A stretch of 64,000 bases of DNA, from the NCBI RefSeq assembly GCF_009914755.1, contig NC_060926.1; one strand, 5' to 3'. The translations under genes and the position numbers were made by a program. The stretch's first letter is position 1; every line of letters starts with the position of its first letter. The notes under the pieces were generated by a model, which searched no databases, had not been told where the DNA came from, and worked only from the letters and a program-made list of their open reading frames with translations. This document shows, one piece after another, positions 49,522 to 64,000 of the stretch. The stretch comes from the human T2T-CHM13v2.0 reference genome, Homo sapiens.

Positions 49522-50299
49522 TAAATGAGATAATTTCTTCCTTTTTTCCTAAATCATGTGTCAGGAATAATAAAATTATTATTTATAGTAATTCCATTAC
49601 TCACAGTAATAATTGTGATAATAATGTAAACAATTTGTATTTATATAGCATTCTATTATTCACAAAGCATTTTGACATATATTGTCCAATTTCATTCCTA
49701 CAAAAATCCTTGTGAGGTAGATAGAAAAAGTATTATTTTCCTATTTTACAAATAGAAAATAGAGGCTCAGAGAAGTTAATCGAATTTCTTAATAGCATAT
49801 ATTTAGGACGTGATGGTGGAGATTGAATTTCATCCTAAATCTAACTCTAAAACCTGTCCTATGACACCCTCCATATACTGCATAATAGCCAAAGACATAT
49901 TAAGCCTATCTGCTGTTCAACAAATTACATGCACCCAGAGGTCCAATTTGGCAGAGAGAACAATGCATCTAAGTGTTCAGTTATGAATTGAATTCTGAAG
50001 TTAGAGAAATATTTGACACATATTGAAATTGTGTATTCTGTAACATGTGTTGTGATAAACACAGAGTCTAATAATGTGTAGTACTGTCAGATATAGTACC
50101 TCCATAGACATACTGTAATATAGTAGTACTGTCAGATATAGTACCCCCATAGGCATACTGTAAATAGATTTCTTTCACTCCATGGAAACCTAAGCTCAGA
50201 GAAGTTAAATAAATTATTTGCACCAGGCTCCTATGATTTCAAAATGCTGCTTTTTCTGGATTAATGTAGTTAATTTCAAAAAAGATGTCCATATAGAAA

Positions 50300-51028
50300 A
50301 GGTTCTCCAGGGAGTAGAGAAAAAGAGCTGGTTGTCTTCCACCAGCTTGAGGAGGATTCATGAGTGGAACCAGGCACTGGTGGAACTAATCAGGGTGTCA
50401 CCCAAGCAGGACACCCTAAGTTTATCTGCTTATCTACTGAACTGATAGGCAGCAAAGAAGATATCACCATTCACGGCCTGGTGACATGGGCAGTTTCTGA
50501 CATATTTGCCCATCGTCCAGGATACAATTCAAATAAAATCATACGTTCTTTCCACAGGTTGTCAACATCCCTTGACTGATTTAGGTTTGATCATATCCAT
50601 TGGCAAGGGCACATGCTCACTGAGTTTAACAGAAGCATAATACCCTGTACTGCTTTTATTTCCATTTCTTTTTTAAAGATATTTTTGCTCAGAATGTGCA
50701 GTTGAATTCTAGATGGTAAAATAAGTATCAAATGGAACCTCTTTGTATTCTTTAAATGAATGATATCTTTCTTTGCATTTATAATGATGTATATTTTCAA
50801 TCATGACACATTCTGGATTTTCTAAGATAGTTCTGTTTTCAAATTATTTATTTTTCCCATGGAAGGGCTTATCTTGGTCCAGATTTTTTATTCAGAAAAT
50901 AGTAACTATATTGCATGTTGTGTATGTCATCTGTATTTTATTTGCCATTTGTCACCTGTACTTTAATAGCTTTCTACTATATTACCTGTTGATTCCTATA
51001 TTAAGAATATAATGAATTTTCTGTAAAT
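50300..51028 (-). pseudogene. Large fossil exon of the minus-strand pseudogene
   Basis: Strong acceptor ttttttctgattttag at 51029-51030 closes a 336-nt GT-AG intron; decayed frame ENRTILENPECVMIENIHHYKCKERYHSFKEYKEVPFDTYFT...; 3' end uncertain. Confidence 0.4.
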
Positions 51029-51364
51029 CTAAAATCAGAAAAAAATACTTTTAAAAAGAACTTAAAGGAACTTAATTATTTGTGTAAGACAAATGCTTTT
51101 TATTTCATTTATTCATTATATATGTTTAATATATCTAACTGATATGACAAATAGTTTATCAATATCTTGCTCACACCAAAACATTAATTCCATTTGCAAA
51201 ACTATGTGAAAATTATAGCTATTATCCCAATAATTCAGATAAAATAGCTTTCTAGTGTGTTTTCCCTTTCAATATTTGGGTTGATAGGGAAGGGATATGA
51301 ATTTTGACTTGAACCATAAATTAGATTGTCTAGATTGACTGATTTCATGACATAACTATGCAAC

Positions 51365-51650
51365 CTGCCCTTGGGGTTTCTTGGTGATGAACTTTTTCTT
51401 ACTGTTCTCACATATTTTGTTTCCAGCTATAAATTCATACAATTATCAGAGTTTGGTTTTGGTCAAGTCATAATTGTGAGTGAAGAACCATGGAAGGAGA
51501 ACATTTCTTGCTCATCAACTACTTTCATAAAATCAACAATTTGCTTAAGTAAGTCTTCAAAATAAATACTGATTTTAATGAATATCTACCTTTTACAGTT
51601 CATCAGAACATTTTGGTATATAAAATTAGCCTCAGGATGGCAGAACTTAT
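51365..51650 (-). pseudogene. Fossil exon (286 nt) of the minus-strand pseudogene
   Basis: tctctaacag| ... CAG|gttgca; KFCHPEANFIYQNVLMNCKR*IFIKISIYFEDLLKQIVDFMKVVDEQEMFSF... (3 stops in about 95 codons). Confidence 0.5.
51427..51548 (+). CDS. ACYP2: Internal exon (122 nt) of the long ACYP2 isoform
   Basis: ttttgtttccag|CTAT...TTAA|gtaagt; open frame SYKFIQLSEFGFGQVIIVSEEPWKENISCSSTTFIKSTICL, in phase with the 93-nt exon; identity recalled. Confidence 0.65.
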
Positions 51651-51732
51651 CTGTTAGAGACATTTTGAGGGAAAAAGTGCCCATGTAAAAGAAACGAATA
51701 TTGAGTCTATGTTTGATTGATTCAATTCAAAG

Positions 51733-51856
51733 ATAGTTTTTTACAGTCATGTAAGCACTGACAGACTGTTCTGTCTACCAGAGAAGTACGTTTTATTAGA
51801 AGCATACTAAATTTGTTTACTCTAGATTAATAGGTTCTGAATTTATACACTTCTTT
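51733..51856 (-). pseudogene. Fossil IQ-motif exon remnant
   Basis: KEVYKFRTY*SRVNK...TSLVDR/QSVSAYMTVKN versus recalled LRRIQ3 EEINNIKHITSKINA...NSPVLIVQRWIRGFLVRKN. Confidence 0.5.
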
Positions 51857-52249
51857 ACTGTTTTATATATATATGTGTGTATATATATGTTGTTAGCAAA
51901 AATATATATAATACTGTTGTTTATAGGATACTGAATATTTGGCAGTTTGTAAGGTGAATGTGGGAATTACTCAAATGAGGAGTCAAAGCAGGGAAGGCCC
52001 TGGGTGATGTAATGAGGTCACCATTTGAGAGGGGATTGAGTGGCTAAGGCAGAGCAGAGGAAGAGAGGCTTTTGATTTGGTTATTAAATGCCAAACAGAT
52101 GTGGTGTAGTAAATGTAAAGAATCAATGAACATTTGGAAAACAAATATTTTAAATTCATATTTCATGCTTTGGGATATTCACTTATCACACATAGAAAAC
52201 AGGAGAAAATATTTTTCCCTTTGTGAATAATGCTTTGAAAATTCAAGTA

Positions 52250-52372
52250 TTGGTCCCTGAGGGAGGTAGGGCATATGAAGCAATGATTGATCTCTTCCTA
52301 AATTTAGTAAATATTGGGTCTTTGAAGATAATTCACATTAAATGGAGTGTTGGTGTTAACGCATGATACAAG
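52250..52372 (-). pseudogene. Fossil LRR exon remnant 2
   Basis: cacattttag| phase 0, LVSCVNT../TLHLM/YLQ..NI....EEIN....CPTSL versus recalled LRRIQ3 IKSLPNT..NLKLLYLHDN...ICVLSACPTL; 3' boundary unresolved. Confidence 0.45.
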
Positions 52373-52439
52373 CTAAAATGTGAATAAGCTCTGGACTTAT
52401 TCTCATTGGTTCTTTTTGGGGGCAGGGTTATCAGTTTGT

Positions 52440-55200
<2,761 letters not shown>

Positions 55201-55872
55201 TATTTTAATTAATTAATTATTTTTTCATAGAGGCATGGTCTCCCTATATTACCCAGGCTTGGTCTTGAACTTGTGGGCTCAAGTGATCCTCATGCCTTGG
55301 CCTCCCAAAGTGCTGGGATTACAGGCACAAGCCACCATGTCTGGCCAATCTGCCATATTTAGCTGGAAGTTCCTTATTGGTTTTTTATTTTGGCAATCCA
55401 ACTTTTGGATATGAAGATGACTTTTATGTCTTAGAAATATTACATTATTAAAAATATGTTGGTTTTGACTTGCTGGGGTTATTTTCCTCCTTCCTGGTAA
55501 AAACACTTAATTCATTACTTTGAGCAAACTTCCCCTTCCCCAATTTGTGTGGTTCTGGTGGGGCTGCCCACCAGACATCAGCCCTCTGACCACAGAGGTG
55601 GACACGTGCTCTAATCTGGAAAATTAGTTTCACTCTCATGGGAGTATGACTCCTGAACAGAGACTAAAGTTGCTGATGATGTTGTTTTCTTACTGGTGAA
55701 CCTTAGAGGGCTGGTCTATAATTGTACCAGCCTGGGTCCTTTGTTGGACATACTAGAAACCAACTCTGATTGGCTTTAGCATAAAAGGGTTTTAATGGGA
55801 GCCTATTGGTTAGTTCATGAAATTTATGAGAAGGTTTTAGAATCAGGCTTAGAAAATAATCAGTTACCATGC

Positions 55873-56312
55873 ATGTTAGTTTCCTACAGCTGCTGTAACA
55901 AATGGCCACAAGCAGAGTGATGTAATACAACACATTTATTTTCTTATAATTCTGGATGTCAGAACTATAAAATCAAGGTCTGGTCTGGACATGGTGGCTC
56001 AAGGCTGTAGTCCCGTCATTTTGAGAGGGCAAGGTGGGAGGATTGCTTGAGCCCAAGAGTTTGTGACTACCCTAGGCAACGTAATGAGACCCTGCCTCTA
56101 TAAAAAATAAAAACTTAACAGGGCGCAGATTACAGATGTGAACAACTGTGCCAGGCCTGTAAATGTATTTTATTAATATCTTACATAGTTAGATCATTAT
56201 ATTGGCTTTAAAGTGTTTTGCGTAAGTTGCATTGCCTCTGAATTCCATTTCAGGAAAGTAAAGGAGATATTACAAACTATTGTTATTAAAAGGGGGCATT
56301 GGGTCTCATAGA
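55873..56312. mobile_element. Truncated MLT1, fused inverted Alu pieces, and a MER20B 3' end
   Basis: tgttagtttcctacagctgctgtaacaaat; Alu(+) 55981-56128 joined to an Alu(-) head at 56129-56157; aagggggcattgggtct. Confidence 0.6.
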
Positions 56313-57169
56313 GCTCTAGCCAGAAAAAATAAGCACATTCCACAAGGCTTGAGGGAGTAACATCTGGGGGTTACAGAGTCTGTTTCTCACAGGAAGGCAT
56401 GGGTTCTCTGGACCTGGGGTAGAGCTTGGGCTTGAACGACTCCCTTGCTACGGCTCAGGGGCTTCTCTAAACATCTCCTATTTGCCCTCAACATTACTTT
56501 GAGTCTGACCTCCCCAATCATACACCTGTTTTTATCTGGTAGATTATTTTGTAAGTGACCTCACATACCAGCCATCTCTATTCAGCCTCCATCTCATTTC
56601 CACTGTGACATTGAAAATAAGTATTTTTAGTTGCTGAGACCAGATCAACCTATATAGAAAAATAAATCTGGTTCCACTTTTACTTCCTATATAGGATATC
56701 ATTAACATATTTTCCATATGAATAGGGACTGTCATGTACCATATGTTATTCATCATATGGCATCATGCCTGTTTCAAGGCACATTTTAATATAGCACAAA
56801 GGCAAAGAGTTTTAAACTGGAATGTCTGCTGTGCGTTATGGTTTAGACTTTCTGGTTATCATGAAGCCTGATTAAGTTAGCTTTCTACATGTATACCATA
56901 GAATGAGCTCTCAACAAATTACCTAGAAAAGTTAACTTAGCAAGATAAATTTTGGGCAAAATAAAAGTAAACTCGTAGAATTTTAGCTCACTTTAGGCAA
57001 GGTCACAGAGATTTTGCAGTTGAAGCACATTTTATTGGATGAACAAAAAAGAAAAAACAGGAAAACAGCCTGGCTGGCAAGGAAGTAGACAGACATGACT
57101 TCTCTGTTCTAGTTATTAAAGGCTTAAGAATTCGACTATTTAAAGCACAATATCCCATATTCAGATACC

Positions 57170-59480
<2,311 letters not shown>

Positions 59481-60269
59481 GTTGACTATAGGAGGCCCAG
59501 GTACTTTGTTTAAATCCTGATTGCTATCGATAATTTAATGGCTGATCAAAATGATTTTTCTATTCTCCTATGCTTTTATATACATACATAAACTTGTTGG
59601 AGTTGGATGACCAATTGTATGTACATTTTCTTTAGATCCAGACTCTGAATTCAGACCATGTTTCAATGCTTGGCTATCCCTGATCAGGGAAAATGCAGTT
59701 GGTCTCTGAGTCACACTGTGAAATAGTATTCAGAGCTGAGGCTTCATCTGCAGTGCTTGATTCAACAGATCCCTGGGCTGGTGTGAGTAAGTGGAAAGCC
59801 ATTTTAGAGAAGCCAGAATTGGGTTGCCATCTGTCACGCATGGGCTTTGCTCCTTACACATATTGGTGAATAAAATGTTTAACAGGCTGTAGCCGGAAAG
59901 TGATATGAAGCATCTCATTCATGAGGAAACTCTACATTTTGCTTTCTATTTAAGAGCATTGTTTAAATGTCCTCTGGGCTGTGTTTATGCATGCTCAGCT
60001 GAATAGATTCTTGCCTAAAGTCCACTATCATCAGCACTTACAAGATGGAACAAGAGGAAATTGTAAAACTAATACGTGCTGCTTACCGGTGTTCAGAGCC
60101 TCTTCTTTCAAACATGACTTATTTACAAATTTCTCCAACTGAAGTCATGCAATTTTTATTTGTTGTGCACTTATTTTGTACCAATCACTCTTCCAACCAC
60201 TAATAAATATGTATTTATACACACACCACACATCCCTCCATACCCCATGTGTTTATTCGACTCTCACTC

Positions 60270-60631
60270 TGATATGGTTTGACTCTGTGTCTCCACCCAA
60301 ATCTCATCTGGAATTGTAATCCCCATGTGTTGAGGGAGGGACCTGGTGGGAAGTGATTGGATCATGGCGGCAGTTTTCCTCATGCTGTTCCCATGATAGT
60401 GAGGGAGTTTTCACGTGATCTGATGGTTTAGAAGTGCGTGGTGGATCCTCCTCTCCTCTCTCCTGCCACCATTTAAGACATGCCTTGCTTCCCCTTCGCC
60501 TTCTGCCATGATTGTAAGTTTCTTGAGGCCTCGCCAGACATGCAGAACTGTGAGTCAATTAAACCTGTTTCCTTTATAAATTACCCAGTCTTAAGTAGTT
60601 CTTTATAGTAGTGTGAAAACAAACTAGTGCA
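60270..60631 (+). mobile_element. THE1 (MaLR) solo LTR, THE1D-like
   Basis: tgatatggtttgactctgtgtctccacccaaatctcatc...ctgtgagtcaattaaacc...ctttatagtagtgtgaaaac. Confidence 0.9.
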
Positions 60632-61332
60632 CGCTTCAACCGTATGAAATAGATATTGCTGACCTCATTTTCCAATAAGGAAATTGAGGTTCACATTTAG
60701 CAATCTGAATTTGAACCCAGCCATGTGTTACTAGTCCTATGCCAAACCAATGTGCCATAAAATCATCTGATTTATCATTTGTTCCTTTCCCTTATTATGT
60801 GTTCCCTCGACTGGTATCAATCCAGGATGTATTCCATTATTTTGAAATTGAAGACATCTCTATTTAATAGGGACAAAAGCATAGGCAAATAACAAATAAG
60901 TAGGGTGAGGAGTTAAAGAAGTAGTTAAAGGAATTTAAAATTTAAGTGGCTAAAAGAAGCCATCAGGATCTCTGACCTATCCAGACATGGTGGCCAAACT
61001 CTGGTGAATTTCTCCACTTGACTCCTATATTATAAATTAGGATGAGAAAAAGGATCAGAAGCTTTTAAAAACATTAGAGTAGCTCCACTACAAATAAGGG
61101 AAAATGCTGGAGCTAGAGTCAACAGATGGAGTTTGAATCTGAGATTTGAATCTGAATTTTACTACTATTTGTGTCAACTTGGGCAGATCAGTTGACATGT
61201 CAGAGCCTCTGTCTCCTCTGATGGTAACACTTTTGTCATGTAACATTTATGTGGAATAAATGAATAACATTTACAGAAATTATTTATAAGCTGTAAAGCA
61301 TTATACAAATGCAGATATTATTGTTAACTTAC

Positions 61333-61540
61333 TTGAGACTCTAAAGGTTGAATTTCTGAAAGTTAAGTCTAAGTAAAATGTCTGTGTTCCTATAAGCAGA
61401 GCAAGATCACCAACAACAGTGTCAGCCATCATAGCAATTTTTATATTTGCTACATCTTCATATTTTTTTCTTACCACAAAGCTGTAAAGCATTGTCATTG
61501 TATAAAATTTACAGAAGAAGAAGGCGAAATAAGTTTTCCA
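61333..61540 (-). pseudogene. Fossil LRR exon remnant 1
   Basis: KKYEDVANIKIAMMADTVVGDLALLIGTQTFYLD/LSEIQPLESQ|gtaagt: SDS22-type LRR register with a phase-0 donor at 61327-61332. Confidence 0.5.
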
Positions 61541-62941
61541 TTGTCAACGAGAGCATCAGAAATAAAATCAAGATTATTTCTACCTTGCACTATGTTCTTC
61601 CCACATTAAAATACCTTTGCTTAACACCATTTATGGAAAAAAATGTAACTTAAGGATCTGTAGTTAAATTTAGCAGATAATGTTGAAAGATGAGACTAGG
61701 AGAATATATTTAGAGACAGTGCCTACTTAACATGAATTGTTATCTGCTAGGGAAAAAGATGAGTTTTAGGTATTCCTAGAACTCAGTCTAGCAAATTATT
61801 CATCTGTAAGGGGAAAATCTGTGGTAACTGTACCTAAAATTATTTTTTAAACATCTCAACTTTGAATTTATATCTAAAGGTAACTTTTTTTTTCCTATGC
61901 AAGATGTCCCACACTTACTAATATATCCAAAGACTAGCAAACCTGTAGGGGAAAGTAAAACATAACAAAACAATAGATAATTATCAGTTCAGTGACTCCT
62001 TAAAGTTAACATTTAAATCATTTGCCTTTTCCAAATAAAGGCTATAAGCACAAATTGCTTTATTATTAGCCTAAATGCTTTGGTTATCTTACGCATAAAA
62101 TATTTTTTAGCTCTGCTTGCATAACCCATAAGATTTAAGCAAAACATTGAGGGAAGGAGAATGAACACACATTGTTTAATGTGGCGTTTGACTTTACAGG
62201 TGTATTTTGTCATGGCAGTCGTCCAGTTGGAGTGGGTCACTGATAAGCCAGCTTAGCTTATTCTTACACTAGATCTGATATTTCTGTGTGGAGGGAGATT
62301 GATTCTCTAATGCTCTTGGGATTTTCTCTGTGCCTTTAGTTGGTTCATCCCAGGAGAGAAGGGATGACTCATGTTTTTGTTGAATTTGAGAGAGGAACTG
62401 GGTTTGTACAGTCCTATCCATTTGTTGTACGCACTCTTTAGTATATCTTCCTACCTTATAAAAGATCTACCTTATAAAAGACCCGTTGAATACTTCCTGG
62501 GCCTCAGGGCTGGATTGCAGGTAGCAGGATGTCCACCTCTGGTCACAGGTAGGCATCTGATCCAAACTGGGCCAATGAAATTTTCTCTTAGGACTTGAGA
62601 GGGAATAAAGAAAATCAGTCTGGCTATGATATGTATGTAAACTCAGAAGCTGTGGGATGGCCATTGCTTTCGACTCATGTGGATTAAGAAGAAACAGGTA
62701 TTCTGTAGAAGGAGAAGCATAAACTAGGTCCAAAGAGAACTGCTTGGGCTCTGATGGTTTTTCAGTTCTTCCCTCCAGCCTGTTCGAATTTCTGTTGCTG
62801 GATATTATGAGATGTCTGTGTCCTCATAATAAAGTCTCTCTTTTTGTTTTTGCTAAAGGTAACATGAGTTGTTTTCTGCTACATGCGCCCAAAAGCATCT
62901 TAGCTAATATACCATTTAGTTGTGAATGAGAATATAATCTT

Positions 62942-62990
62942 ACACAGGCTGTTTGAGAAGGAGGCTGCATTCTTCTCAAACAGCCTGTGT
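62942..62990. repeat. Perfect 19-bp inverted repeat with an 11-nt loop
   Basis: acacaggctgtttgagaag-gaggctgcatt-cttctcaaacagcctgtgt. Confidence 0.95.
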
Positions 62991-63099
62991 TTGAAGGAGA
63001 AGCAATGGCTGTTGGTACAGCAATTTTAGGTGGTATAATGAAATTTCATCTTTTCATTAAATTAAATTAATTACTTAATTTTATTTTCATTTTTAATTT

Positions 63100-63911
<812 letters not shown>

Positions 63912-64000
63912 CTACCATATTTTGAACACATTGAGGGTGACCAGCTGATGAATATGCTAGTTGGCCACTAAGTTTTTGAATTTAGCTATGTAATTGACAT

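Noticed and set aside
56544-56756. Minus-strand 70-aa ORF as a missing LRR exon
   Set aside because: No LRR pattern or compatible splice sites found by eye.

Overview
Primate, most likely human, intronic DNA saturated with Alu, L1, L2/MIR, LTR and DNA-transposon relics. No complete protein-coding gene is present. An LTR-interrupted RPL21 processed pseudogene, an HMGB1 processed pseudogene about 21.7 kb away, and two in-frame plus-strand exons of 93 and 122 nt match my recollection (not database-checked) of the long 5' introns of ACYP2 at 2p16.2 (RPL21P30/HMGB1P31). The main observation is that several repeat-free islands, read on the minus strand, look like decayed exons of one multi-exon gene spanning about 5.4-61.5 kb. 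In transcription order they give two LRR exon remnants, an IQ-motif exon remnant, several extra exons, and a terminal coiled-coil exon with a stop and AATAAA. Order and residue register resemble LRRIQ3 as I recall its sequence, so this is a candidate lost LRRIQ3 paralog (unitary pseudogene). One fossil exon appears to be reused in antisense as a coding exon of the long ACYP2 isoform. Also present are a U7 snRNA retrocopy joined to an Alu, a twin-primed L1PA, a trimeric Alu and a perfect 19-bp hairpin. Repeat family names come from recognition of consensus sequences, and boundaries are approximate unless a TSD is quoted.
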